Positions 52,500-61,630 of a DNA stretch of 64,000 bases are shown here, piece by piece. The translations under genes and the position numbers were made by a program. Within the stretch, counting starts at the first letter, position 1, and each line of letters opens with the position of its first letter. The stretch comes from a virus: the IMG/VR virus record IMGVR_UViG_3300044611_002466, positions 96,001-160,000 of that record; one strand, given 5' to 3'. The notes beneath the pieces are model-generated. The model saw only the letters and a list, made by a program, of their open reading frames with translations, was not told the DNA's origin and did not search any database.

Positions 52500-55400
52500 G
52501 TCAGATCGGAAGAGCGGAACCGCTGCACCTACGGCTCTTCATAGAGGGCGTAGAAGTGCCGGTTATCAGCGCCGTCGTCAGCGCGAACGAAGGTGCTCCG
52601 GCGAGCGCGCAGATCGAGGTGGTCCCCGCCAACTCCGGCCTGCATCTCGTCGCGCGGAGCAAGGTCAACCTCTTCTTCTACGACGGAGGCGACGGGATAG
52701 CCATCCCCGACGCCGACATCGCTGCCAACGCTAAGGGCACGCGCATGCCCTCCGACGAGCGGAGCCTCCTGGGGAGCGGCTACTACCAGCTGTTCTCCGG
52801 GGAGCTCTTCTCGCTCACCTACTCGAAGTCGGGGGCAGGAGCCCGGAGCCTGGTGCTCCAGTGTCTGGATGACAGCAACAACTGGGACACGTCCTTTCTG
52901 TACACGCTGCGCTACTCCGCCGATGCCGAAGAGGGTGCCGTTGCGGGCAGCACGATGAACATGATGGGGATCAGCGCGCCCACGTCTGATGACATCATCA
53001 CCGACCCCGCATCGATCATCAGTACGATCTCCAAGCGTCAGCAGGCGCTCAACCCCTCCGTGGCAGGATCCAAGGGGATGCTCGGGGGGCTGCTTGGGAT
53101 CTTGGAGTTGATCGGCGGCGTAGCTGGGCAATACGCAGGGATGACAGCTTGGCACACCATCCAGGAGGTACGCGTCCGCCTGATGGACCAGATCGCAGCC
53201 GACGACGGCAACACCGCGGTCGAGGTCTTCAACGAGACAGCGTTCGATCACTGGCTCTTGGCGGGGGTCTCCGACCTCGGCACGGTCGTCAGCTTCCGAA
53301 CTGTCGTCGACCTGATCAACCAGTTCATCTACTACACGGTCTCACCGAATCCGGTGGGTGTGTACGTCCCCGGGGATGGTGGAGTCCCGAAGTGGCCGGA
53401 CGGCCTCTTCGACAAGGCGGAGTCGGTCTCCAAGGACAGCGAGACGGGGGTGGACGCCGGCCTTGATCCGGACTTTGCCACTCTCAAGAACGCCATCTTG
53501 GCGTACTTGATCAACGACCTGGGGTGGAACGGTGCGGTGGGCGGCAAGCCAAAGGCCCGCATGTCCAGCGGGTTTCGGAATAGCGCCGAGCAGGCAGCCC
53601 TTACGCAGGGCACGGAACGGGAGGGACAGACACCAAGCAGCGCGCACATGGTCGGGTTTGCGGCTGACTTCAGCACAGCAGCGGGAATCGGGTTCTGCTA
53701 CAAGAACAAGCCGTCCGACTCCAAGGGTGCGAGCCTTCACAGACGCCTGATCTGGGCGGCGACCAAGTATGGACTCTCGGACGCCCAGAGCATCTACACG
53801 AAGGGGGTGGAGAAGGGGCTTCTGACTCTCGAGGAGGTCGGGCGCGCGAAGCAGATGGTCGACTTCTACAGGGACCTGCAGAAGGCCGTCAGAGAGCGCG
53901 GGCAGGGGAAGGTGACCTGGGGCGGTGACTGGGACTCGTCGGACGCGTGGCTGTCGTTGTACGGGCTCGGCGGTGACTGTGTGCACACCGAGATGACGGG
54001 CTGGCGGAACAAGGTCAAGAACAAGGAGGGGTCGACCACTTCACCGGCCGATCTCAGCGGCTACTACTCCGGCCTCATGAACCGCGAGCGCCTCTTCACG
54101 CAGTTCTTCCATCCGGACATCTGGTTTGCCTCTCCGCCAGCGTGCAACGTGATCTTCCCGGAGGAGGTCACCACGCTCTCGTTCAGCCGCGACTTCATGC
54201 GGGAGACGACGCGCCTGCAGCTCTCGACCGTCAACGCGATTGTCGGGGACTCGACTCTCCTGAACCAGAACTTCTTCGCACCGAAGGTCGACGCGGCCCT
54301 CAACCTGACCAGCGGCGGACTTGGTACGGCGGCGCGCGCCTTCATCCTGCCGCACGAGAAGTTCTCGGGCATCGTCCCGAAGCTCGAGAAGCTCTCCGAC
54401 CTCTCCCTCTACGTCAGGCTCTCGGAGGAGCAGCACCACGAAGAGGCGCACGCTGATGTCGCTGAAACGACGAAGGCCGCCGCGGAGCCCTCCGCCGAGA
54501 AGAAGGAGACCGAGCTCGAGGTCTGGGCCGACCGCACGGCGGCCTTCACCTTCCTCTCGCATCGGTATGACGCGCGCTCCCTGTCCGTGTCGATGAAGTT
54601 CACCCCGCGCCTGGCGGTGGGGTTCCCCGCGCTGGTCATCGACCGCACGAACCCGGAGACCACGGAGGACGAGCAGGCGGCCCCCTCTACGAGCGCGTTC
54701 TCGCCGAACCACTTCCTCGGCACCATCCGGGCGCTGACGCACTCTGTCACGCAGGATGGAGGAGCCACGTCGGTTCAGCTGAGCCACGTGCGGCTCCACA
54801 AGGCGTCGATGGATGACCTGTTCGCATCGGGAACCTACGCGAACAAGGGGATCATGTCCGTGCAGGTGGTCCCGGCTCCAGCCTCGCCGCGCACGATCAA
54901 GAACACTGACACCATGACCACGCAGACCCTCAAGTGGATTGTGGGGGTACACGAGGCGATGAGCCGGTACAAGCTCGACATCGCCAAGCCAGACATGGCA
55001 GGTCCGGCAGGCCGGCCGCTGCAAGGCGCGATCACCATCGTGAAGGTGCTGCCCGAGGGCAGCCTCGTGACGTGGTCCACGAACGACGGCGGTCCTGGCA
55101 GCTTCGCGGGCCCCCGGATCGAGGAGTCCCTGCCCTTCTCCAGCATCACCTTCACGGAGCCGGACGGGGACCCGGCCTACCTACCGCTCGAGGAGGCGAT
55201 CAAGCCAGCCTGGATGTCGGAGACCTACTCGAACAAGCTCATCGGTGGCTTCTACCGTCAGATCCTCGGTTGTGGTTCGATTCACGACCTGTACCCGAAC
55301 GTCCCCCCGGGCAAGGCCCCGGACGGCACACCCTACGCGAGCACGAGCGTAGAGCGTGTGACGGAAGCGCTGGTTGCGGAGTACACGTCGCAGTCCGATG

Positions 55401-55723
55401 GCGGGTACCTGGGGCACACCTTCATCCACGGCAAGACGCGGCGCAGCTACGCCAGCATCGCGCAGGTGTTCGGCTACTGGACGGGGACCGGGGAGGCCCG
55501 CAAGCATGTGCAGGGGTTCTACACGCAGTCCATCGGCTGGGACGAGGGGTACTCCCGGCTTGCGAAGGACCGCTGGGAGTGGATGGCGAACGCCGCCGGT
55601 ACGCTGGTGAACACGACGGAGCCCAACCAGATTCGTCCCGAGCTCGACCCCCGCAGAGGGCGATACGGCCCTGCGCTCGCCTACCGTGACGAGTTGGCGC
55701 GGGCCCTGGGGCGCCGAGGGTAG
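52496..55723 (+). CDS. Baseplate hub-like protein with inserted M15 (L-Ala-D-Glu-type) peptidase domain
   Basis: LRLFIEGVEVPV hub-type N-terminus; SSGFRNSAEQ..SAHMVGFAADF..TWGGDW..DCVHTEM M15 motifs. Confidence 0.7.
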   Translation: MSQIGRAEPLHLRLFIEGVEVPVISAVVSANEGAPASAQIEVVPANSGLHLVARSKVNLFFYDGGDGIAIPDADIAANAKGTRMPSDERSLLGSGYYQLFSGELFSLTYSKSGAGARSLVLQCLDDSNNWDTSFLYTLRYSADAEEGAVAGSTMNMMGISAPTSDDIITDPASIISTISKRQQALNPSVAGSKGMLGGLLGILELIGGVAGQYAGMTAWHTIQEVRVRLMDQIAADDGNTAVEVFNETAFDHWLLAGVSDLGTVVSFRTVVDLINQFIYYTVSPNPVGVYVPGDGGVPKWPDGLFDKAESVSKDSETGVDAGLDPDFATLKNAILAYLINDLGWNGAVGGKPKARMSSGFRNSAEQAALTQGTEREGQTPSSAHMVGFAADFSTAAGIGFCYKNKPSDSKGASLHRRLIWAATKYGLSDAQSIYTKGVEKGLLTLEEVGRAKQMVDFYRDLQKAVRERGQGKVTWGGDWDSSDAWLSLYGLGGDCVHTEMTGWRNKVKNKEGSTTSPADLSGYYSGLMNRERLFTQFFHPDIWFASPPACNVIFPEEVTTLSFSRDFMRETTRLQLSTVNAIVGDSTLLNQNFFAPKVDAALNLTSGGLGTAARAFILPHEKFSGIVPKLEKLSDLSLYVRLSEEQHHEEAHADVAETTKAAAEPSAEKKETELEVWADRTAAFTFLSHRYDARSLSVSMKFTPRLAVGFPALVIDRTNPETTEDEQAAPSTSAFSPNHFLGTIRALTHSVTQDGGATSVQLSHVRLHKASMDDLFASGTYANKGIMSVQVVPAPASPRTIKNTDTMTTQTLKWIVGVHEAMSRYKLDIAKPDMAGPAGRPLQGAITIVKVLPEGSLVTWSTNDGGPGSFAGPRIEESLPFSSITFTEPDGDPAYLPLEEAIKPAWMSETYSNKLIGGFYRQILGCGSIHDLYPNVPPGKAPDGTPYASTSVERVTEALVAEYTSQSDGGYLGHTFIHGKTRRSYASIAQVFGYWTGTGEARKHVQGFYTQSIGWDEGYSRLAKDRWEWMANAAGTLVNTTEPNQIRPELDPRRGRYGPALAYRDELARALGRRG

Positions 55724-55760
55724 GTTACGGGGTATCCTACCCCCTCGACCCCGAGGTCCC

Positions 55761-55970
55761 ATGCCCACCACCCCGCTCTCGCTCGACACGCTTCGCTCCT
55801 TCTCCGCCGAGGTACAGAAGGAGGCTGCCGCCACGCTCCCGGACAAATGGACCGCGGCGGCCCTCATGGGCGGAGGGGCCGTAGGGGCTCATGTGCTCCA
55901 GAAGGCGTTCAAGGACTGGAAGAACGGCCGCCAGCTGCGAGTGCAGCAGTCCGGCTACGGGGGGTTCTGA
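55761..55970 (+). CDS. Small probable virion/internal protein
   Basis: LRSFSAEVQKEAA motif then AAALMGGGAVGA hydrophobic helix. Confidence 0.5.
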   Translation: MPTTPLSLDTLRSFSAEVQKEAAATLPDKWTAAALMGGGAVGAHVLQKAFKDWKNGRQLRVQQSGYGGF

Positions 55971-56488
55971 TGGACACACCGCAGAAGAAGGTAGACCTCA
56001 AAGATTCCCCGGCGCTGGCGGCGTACGCCAAGTGGCGGCCACGACTGCGTCGCGCTGCTTCGTGGGCGTTTCCCGCCGCGGCGGTAGGCAAGGCGGTTGG
56101 AGTCGCAACGAACCCCATCATCGGTCTTACGATCGGCGCGGGGCTCGCTGGCGCGGCGGATGCCACGCTCGAGGAGAAGCTCAGGCAGCTGAAGGACCAC
56201 AAGGCGCGGACCCTCGTGCAACGCGGATTCGAGGAGACCCACATGGGCAAGAAGGCTGGCATCGACGTCGACCCGTTCACCACCTCGGCCATCACCGCCG
56301 CAGAGCTCGAGACGAACCTCGCGCTCACAGGCCTCACGCGCAAGAGAGACGAGTTCGCCTCCCGGGCGAGCAGTCAGCTGTCGGACTACTTCCCGGCCGC
56401 GGGCGGCCAGGTGAGCGGCTACGGGCGCGGCCTGCGCCTGTCGACCGGACAGGGCTCGATCGCGCAGATGCTCGCTGGTTTGAGGTAG
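55970..56488 (+). CDS. Probable virion/internal protein
   Basis: TGATG overlap; Gly/Ala hydrophobic helices; GFEETHMGKKAG motif. Confidence 0.5.
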   Translation: MDTPQKKVDLKDSPALAAYAKWRPRLRRAASWAFPAAAVGKAVGVATNPIIGLTIGAGLAGAADATLEEKLRQLKDHKARTLVQRGFEETHMGKKAGIDVDPFTTSAITAAELETNLALTGLTRKRDEFASRASSQLSDYFPAAGGQVSGYGRGLRLSTGQGSIAQMLAGLR

Positions 56489-56492
56489 GACG

Positions 56493-57368
56493 ATGGGGCT
56501 CCTGCTGCGCGCCTTCGAGAAGCGGGCAACGTCGGTGGAGACACCTGCCGTACCGGCGCTCGTTGTACCGCAGCCGCCTCCGCCGGCCGAGCAGTGGCAT
56601 CCCGAGTGGGCGCCGCAGGCCGGATGGCACGGCGAGGGGAACCCCGGGGGCTGGAGGCGTCCGGCTCTTGAGGCGCGGCGGAAGGAGCTCTTCCTGTGGG
56701 ATCAGTGGAAGAAGGGGGGCCAGACCCCCGAGCTCTCCGCCCCTCTCATGAAGTCCCTGCGGCCGGTCATCTACTCGCAAGGGGTGCGTGCCTGGATCAA
56801 CCGAGTGCCGGTGCAGCCCGCCGTCCTCGAGTCCAAGGCGGTGCAGCTGGCGCTGGGCGCGCTGGAGTCGTACAACCCGGCAGCGGCACAGCTCAACACC
56901 CACCTCACGATCACCCTGAAGGGGATGCACCGATTCGCCACGTCACGGCAGAACATGACGCGGCTGACGGAGGCCCGCCGTCGCCTGGTCGGTCCTTACC
57001 AGCGCGCCCTCGCGCGCCTGAAGGACAAGCTGGAGCGAGAGCCGAGCGTCCTCGAGCTCGCGGACGAGATGAAGGAGACTCCGGACAACGTGGAGAAGCT
57101 CCTGCTGGAGATGAAGGACGACCTCATGTCCTCCGGGACGATGAACGACCCCTTCCTCGACGAGACGCCGGAGTCCCGCCTCAAGCTGCTGCTCATCCGA
57201 TACAGCTTGACCCCCGAAGAGGGGACCGTGTTCGACTACCTCATGGGTCAGGGCGGCAAGCCCCGCGTCGAGAGCCCTGGCGAAATCGCAAAGCGTGAGG
57301 GGTGGTCCAGCTCCAAGGTCTCCCAGCTGAAGAACGCGATCATGCGGAAGTGGAAGGGCGTCGCATGA
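56493..57368 (+). CDS. Sigma70-family RNA polymerase sigma factor (FliA/SigF-like, regions 2, 3 and 4)
   Basis: ALESYNPAAAQLNTHL (r2), LKDKLEREPSVLELADEM (r3), LTPEEGTVF..EIAKREGWSSSKVSQLKNAIMRK (r4); about 60-aa N-terminal leader beginning LLRAFEKRA. Confidence 0.8.
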   Translation: MGLLLRAFEKRATSVETPAVPALVVPQPPPPAEQWHPEWAPQAGWHGEGNPGGWRRPALEARRKELFLWDQWKKGGQTPELSAPLMKSLRPVIYSQGVRAWINRVPVQPAVLESKAVQLALGALESYNPAAAQLNTHLTITLKGMHRFATSRQNMTRLTEARRRLVGPYQRALARLKDKLEREPSVLELADEMKETPDNVEKLLLEMKDDLMSSGTMNDPFLDETPESRLKLLLIRYSLTPEEGTVFDYLMGQGGKPRVESPGEIAKREGWSSSKVSQLKNAIMRKWKGVA

Positions 57369-57604
57369 GTAGCCCCGAGCTTCAGACGTTCGTCGGCGAG
57401 CTCGAGACGGCGCTGCTCGAGCACCTCGACGCGGAGACCGACCGCGTCAAGAGCGAGCGCGACTTCCTCCTCGCGGTGTACAACGGACGCACGGACGGGG
57501 CCACCACCGAGGATGCCTCGACCGGGTTCGTGATGCGATACTTGACGGGCATGTTCAACGGGTACGTGCTCGTCGAGAGAGATGTGAGCGCCCCCAGCAG
57601 CTGA
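57365..57604 (+). CDS. Small hypothetical protein
   Basis: ATGA-coupled to the sigma gene. Confidence 0.55.
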   Translation: MSSPELQTFVGELETALLEHLDAETDRVKSERDFLLAVYNGRTDGATTEDASTGFVMRYLTGMFNGYVLVERDVSAPSS

Positions 57605-57620
57605 GGGACGGGGACCGACC

Positions 57621-58316
57621 ATGCCGGAGCGCGTACTGAACTTCGAGATCACGACAGCGCTGTCCGTGCGTCAGAGGGACGCGGACGGCGTCTCGACGCT
57701 CGTCGACGCGGATGAGCTCCCCACCCTGCAGATCGTGCAGGACGGCGTCGCGGTGAACACGACGGAGTCCGAGACAGTGGTCTCGGAGGAGACGGGGGTG
57801 TACACCTGCACGTGGACCCCTCGGCTCATCGGACGCCACGTCCTGACGTGGACCTTCTCGGTAGGCGGGACGGAGTTCACGTCAGAGGAGAAGGTCGACA
57901 TCGTCGCGGACGTCGGGGGCGAGTCGGACTCCTCACTGCCGGCGGAAACGACCACCCCTGTCCCGGACTTGGGGGCGTCCAAGACCTGCTTGGTGGTGGG
58001 GCAGTTCTACGATGCGAGCGGGAACGCCATCTCTGGGATCTACGTGCGTTTCACTCCAGATCGCGCGACCACATCCTTCCTGGCGTCTGGTATCGTGGCC
58101 GCCGAGGTCACGGCGGAGAGCGACGAGAACGGCGCGATAGAGCTGTACTTGGTACGCGGCACCACAGGGATCCTCGCCATCACCGGCATCGGCGTCGTCA
58201 AGCGAGTCACGATCCCGGCCACCGGTCGGATCGACATCAAGGACTTGGCGGACAGCGGAGGCGACCTCTTTGAGGTGCAGGCCCCCGTGTTTTACATGCT
58301 TCCAAGGCGGTCTTAA
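57621..58316 (+). CDS. Two-domain Ig-like/transthyretin-like virion protein
   Basis: TGVYTCTWTP..GRHVLTWTF; GQFYDASGNAISGIYVRF..SDENGAIELYLVRG. Confidence 0.55.
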   Translation: MPERVLNFEITTALSVRQRDADGVSTLVDADELPTLQIVQDGVAVNTTESETVVSEETGVYTCTWTPRLIGRHVLTWTFSVGGTEFTSEEKVDIVADVGGESDSSLPAETTTPVPDLGASKTCLVVGQFYDASGNAISGIYVRFTPDRATTSFLASGIVAAEVTAESDENGAIELYLVRGTTGILAITGIGVVKRVTIPATGRIDIKDLADSGGDLFEVQAPVFYMLPRRS

Positions 58317-59242
58317 TGGTGTCTGTCACGCTCAGCGTTATCGACGACTCCATCGCACGGGTTCCGGTGGCCGACGTCGTCGTGCGCTTCTACAACGAGG
58401 ACGGCAGCGTCTTCGTCACCCAGGCGCAGACCGACGAGGACGGGGAGCTCGTTCTCGATCTCGAAGCTGCGACCACCTACTGGGTGCGCTTCTTCAAGAT
58501 CGGGTACCAGTTCGCGTCGCGGCTCGCCATCTACGTGGACGAGTCGGAGTCGTCGAACACGTTCGACGTACAGGCGGTGGACCTCACGGTGCTGCCGCCG
58601 GCGACATCTCCGATCCTCTGCCGCGCATCCGGCTTCGTGTCCGGCGGGGACCTCATCCCGCGCAAGGGCGTCACGTTCACCTTCATGCTCACCGGGAGCC
58701 CTCGCATTGCCGCGGGGCGCGCGATGGTCAGCCAGGACCTCGTCGTCGTCAGCGACAAGGATGGGTGGGTGGAAGTCGATCTGGTTCGGGGTGGGGTGTA
58801 CGACTGCGTCGTGGGAGGACAGGACGACGTCGTGCACCGGGTCAAGGTGCCAGACCGCACGTCGATCGACATCACCGACTTGGTCTGGCCGTACTTGGTC
58901 AAACTCGCCTACCAGCAGGAGGGGCTGGATGTGGCCTCGGTTGCTGTGTCCGTGGGCGAGACGATCGAAGTCGACACGTACGTGCTGTTCTCCAGCTTCG
59001 TGTCGACGCCCTTCAAGTACGACGGGGACGTCACGTGGCGGGACGTCAGCAACTACGTGACGCTCGTGATGGCGGACAACGGGATCGCAACCTGCACACT
59101 GGCGAAGGGGGTGCTGACGATCTCGGGCATCGCCGCAGGCACGACCACCCTCGACGCGGAGCTCATCGAGGGCCTGGAAGCCGCGCGCCTTCCTGAGCCG
59201 ACCAGGACTCTGCCTACGCTGACCATCGTCGTCACGGAGTAG
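58316..59242 (+). CDS. Carboxypeptidase-regulatory-like/Ig-like repeat virion protein
   Basis: PVADVVVRFY..TDEDGELVLDL..YWVRFFKIGY; SDKDGWVEVDLVRG. Confidence 0.55.
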   Translation: MVSVTLSVIDDSIARVPVADVVVRFYNEDGSVFVTQAQTDEDGELVLDLEAATTYWVRFFKIGYQFASRLAIYVDESESSNTFDVQAVDLTVLPPATSPILCRASGFVSGGDLIPRKGVTFTFMLTGSPRIAAGRAMVSQDLVVVSDKDGWVEVDLVRGGVYDCVVGGQDDVVHRVKVPDRTSIDITDLVWPYLVKLAYQQEGLDVASVAVSVGETIEVDTYVLFSSFVSTPFKYDGDVTWRDVSNYVTLVMADNGIATCTLAKGVLTISGIAAGTTTLDAELIEGLEAARLPEPTRTLPTLTIVVTE

Positions 59243-59245
59243 CCC

Positions 59246-60670
59246 ATGGGCATCAAGGAGTCCGCTCTACTCGCCGCCGCTGCGCGGACATCCAGCGCGC
59301 CGGCGGGGGCCTCCAGGGGCCCGGGAGGGTACCGCTCGGTGGACAACGAGTGGGAGAAGATGCGCGGCACGTTGGCGCGCGCCTTGGTGTCAGACCCGGA
59401 CTTGGTGATGTACTTCGCCTATCTGGTGTCCAACCGGGCGTGTACTCTGGCTCAGAAGGCCGCCGCCCAGCTGTGCGACATGGCGGTCTCCGTGGAGGGT
59501 TGGAAGTACCCGCAGGCCGCCGCCGCACCCCCAACGCAGCTGCAGAAGACGCTGGCCACCGTGACGTCCCGGAACGTGCTCAGCGCAGCGGACGCCGCCA
59601 GGCTCTCGGACGAGGTGACCTCCTACGTCACGACGGAACTGCTGCCGAAGATCACCAAGGGGGGAAGGATGCAGCCGCGTGGTGTCGAGGCCTACGCCAA
59701 CTACCGCGCGACGCGAGACGAGCTCGTCGGTACGTGGAAGAGGCTGCGGCAGGCGCTCGCCGACGCGTCGGGTACCCGCTTCTGCACCGAGGTGCCGCTG
59801 CGGAATGTGGCCCTCGGGGTGCCGCTCGCGGCACTGAACGCCACGAGCGGCCTGCTCGACCAAGGGAAGCTGACCGACTTCACGATACAGCTCGCCGCGG
59901 CCGGCGCGGCGGTGGCGGCGATGGGCAGGCGCGTGAGCCTCAAGGTGCGGCTTCGTACAGGACCAGAGGAGTTCCCCGGGGGCGGAGCGACCGCCAGCGC
60001 GGTGACCGAGGGCGGAGTCGTCGTGCGGATCCAGACATCCCCCGCGCCGACACTGCTGGGCATCAAACCCGGGGACGCAGTAGTCTCCGCAGACGGCAAG
60101 ACAGCCACCGTGTCGACGGTGGGCGAGGCCGAGTTCTCGCTCTCGAGCTCCACCCTCACGTCCATCGAAGGAGGCGTGTCTGTGCTCTCCGCCGCCTACG
60201 TGCAGTGGGAGGCGTTCTCGACAGCGCTGAACGTCCCCTACGGGGAGATGCCGGCGGAGGCCCAGCTCCTCTCGGAGGTGCGGCGGAAGGAGAGTGCCAG
60301 CCCGGCGAGGATCCGCGGCTTGATGGAGTTCCTCTGCCGCACCGCAGCGATCCTGGACACCGTGTCCACGGAGGCGACGTCGGCGCTTGCCCGCGTCGCG
60401 GGGGACCTGTACGTGTACCCCGCGAAGTCGGTGGCGCTCTTGCTGCGCGAGTTCGCGCCGACCTTCGACTCCAAGACGCGTGCCACGGGAGACCGGCTGC
60501 TTTCCGAGTTGGAGAGCGGCGGGTTCGACTACGCGGTCGAGCTCCTCTACCGGGGGGAGGTGGACTTGGTGATGCTCCTCGATGCCTCTTCCGTCTCTCG
60601 TGCGGGACGCGTGGACACCGCGGCCGCAGCGCTGAGCACCTACGCCGGAGGCGCCCGTGGGCTGGGATGA
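59246..60670 (+). CDS. Putative virion structural protein
   Basis: 474 aa ORF in the baseplate operon; no motif recognised. Confidence 0.6.
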   Translation: MGIKESALLAAAARTSSAPAGASRGPGGYRSVDNEWEKMRGTLARALVSDPDLVMYFAYLVSNRACTLAQKAAAQLCDMAVSVEGWKYPQAAAAPPTQLQKTLATVTSRNVLSAADAARLSDEVTSYVTTELLPKITKGGRMQPRGVEAYANYRATRDELVGTWKRLRQALADASGTRFCTEVPLRNVALGVPLAALNATSGLLDQGKLTDFTIQLAAAGAAVAAMGRRVSLKVRLRTGPEEFPGGGATASAVTEGGVVVRIQTSPAPTLLGIKPGDAVVSADGKTATVSTVGEAEFSLSSSTLTSIEGGVSVLSAAYVQWEAFSTALNVPYGEMPAEAQLLSEVRRKESASPARIRGLMEFLCRTAAILDTVSTEATSALARVAGDLYVYPAKSVALLLREFAPTFDSKTRATGDRLLSELESGGFDYAVELLYRGEVDLVMLLDASSVSRAGRVDTAAAALSTYAGGARGLG

Positions 60671-60986
60671 GGCCCGCGCTCAAACCGCCAACGCGCTTGT
60701 CTCCATGCACGCGCGTCGGGTCGCGACGCACGCCACGAACACGACCTTCGAGCTCGCACTCCTGGAGGGAATCGTGGCCCTGGACTCCGCACAGCCCGAC
60801 GCGTTCGCCCTTGGAGCCGGGAGCTCCGTGCAGCACACGGATGACGGGAACGTACGCCCTGGACAGCTGCAGCAGCTGGAGGCGATGCGCGCGACGTTCT
60901 TCGGAGACGGCGCATCCGGTAGGAAGGGACTCCTCGACATGATGCGAGAGATGCCAGATCCCTCCGAGCCCTCGGAGCAGCCGTGA
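60657..60986 (+). CDS. Hypothetical protein in the baseplate operon
   Basis: Overlaps both neighbours. Confidence 0.5.
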   Translation: MGWDEARAQTANALVSMHARRVATHATNTTFELALLEGIVALDSAQPDAFALGAGSSVQHTDDGNVRPGQLQQLEAMRATFFGDGASGRKGLLDMMREMPDPSEPSEQP

Positions 60987-61630
60987 GCGCCGCCGACTTC
61001 CAGGTACTCTCCTTCAAGGACCTCGCCCCCGTTACAAGCGTGGGTTTCTACTCGCAGAAGCCCCTCACTCTCGATGTGCGCGGGACCTCCTTCGTGGGCG
61101 TGGCCGCCGTGAACGTGAACGGGACGCCGGCGGCAGAGTACATCGTGCTCTCCCCCACGCGCATTCTTGTGCAGGTGCCGGAGATTGAGCTGCGCTCCCA
61201 GCTCCGATCTGTGCGGGTCATCCTGGCACGAACCGGCATGGGGGACACAGCGCTCGTCTCCTTCGACGCCATCGTTCCGGGGGCCCGTGCGACGGGCTTC
61301 ACGAAGCTGATGCAGTCGTACCTCCGCGTCCTCTTCACGAACCCGGGAGAGGACCTTGCCTACCCCTGGCTGGGCGGAGGGCTACAGCGGTTGGTGGGGA
61401 GCGCTGCATCCCCGAGCGAGCTCCGCTCCATGACGTCCACCGGAGTGAGCACCGCGGCTCAGCACCTGATCCGCCTTCAGGTCAGGAATCCTGTACTCAC
61501 AGACGCGGAGAAGTTACGGTCTGCCACGCTGCTGCAGGCTGAGCACAACGCCTCGACCGCTTCCGTCAGCGTGCGCGTCGCTCTGACCGCCGTAGACGGC
61601 ACCACCGGCAACCCCCTCGTGAGCGTGTAA
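60983..61630 (+). CDS. IPT/TIG-like domain plus gp25-like baseplate wedge protein
   Basis: LDVRGTSF..VNVNG..VLSPTRILVQVP (IPT); KLMQSYLRVLFTNPGE..PWLGGGLQRLVG (gp25/GPW-like). Confidence 0.65.
   Translation: MSAADFQVLSFKDLAPVTSVGFYSQKPLTLDVRGTSFVGVAAVNVNGTPAAEYIVLSPTRILVQVPEIELRSQLRSVRVILARTGMGDTALVSFDAIVPGARATGFTKLMQSYLRVLFTNPGEDLAYPWLGGGLQRLVGSAASPSELRSMTSTGVSTAAQHLIRLQVRNPVLTDAEKLRSATLLQAEHNASTASVSVRVALTAVDGTTGNPLVSV

Noticed and set aside
55274-55290. GGTTCGATTC T-loop-like string (tRNA?)
   Set aside because: Lies in-frame within the hub CDS with no acceptor or D stems; I found no tRNA anywhere in the window by eye.
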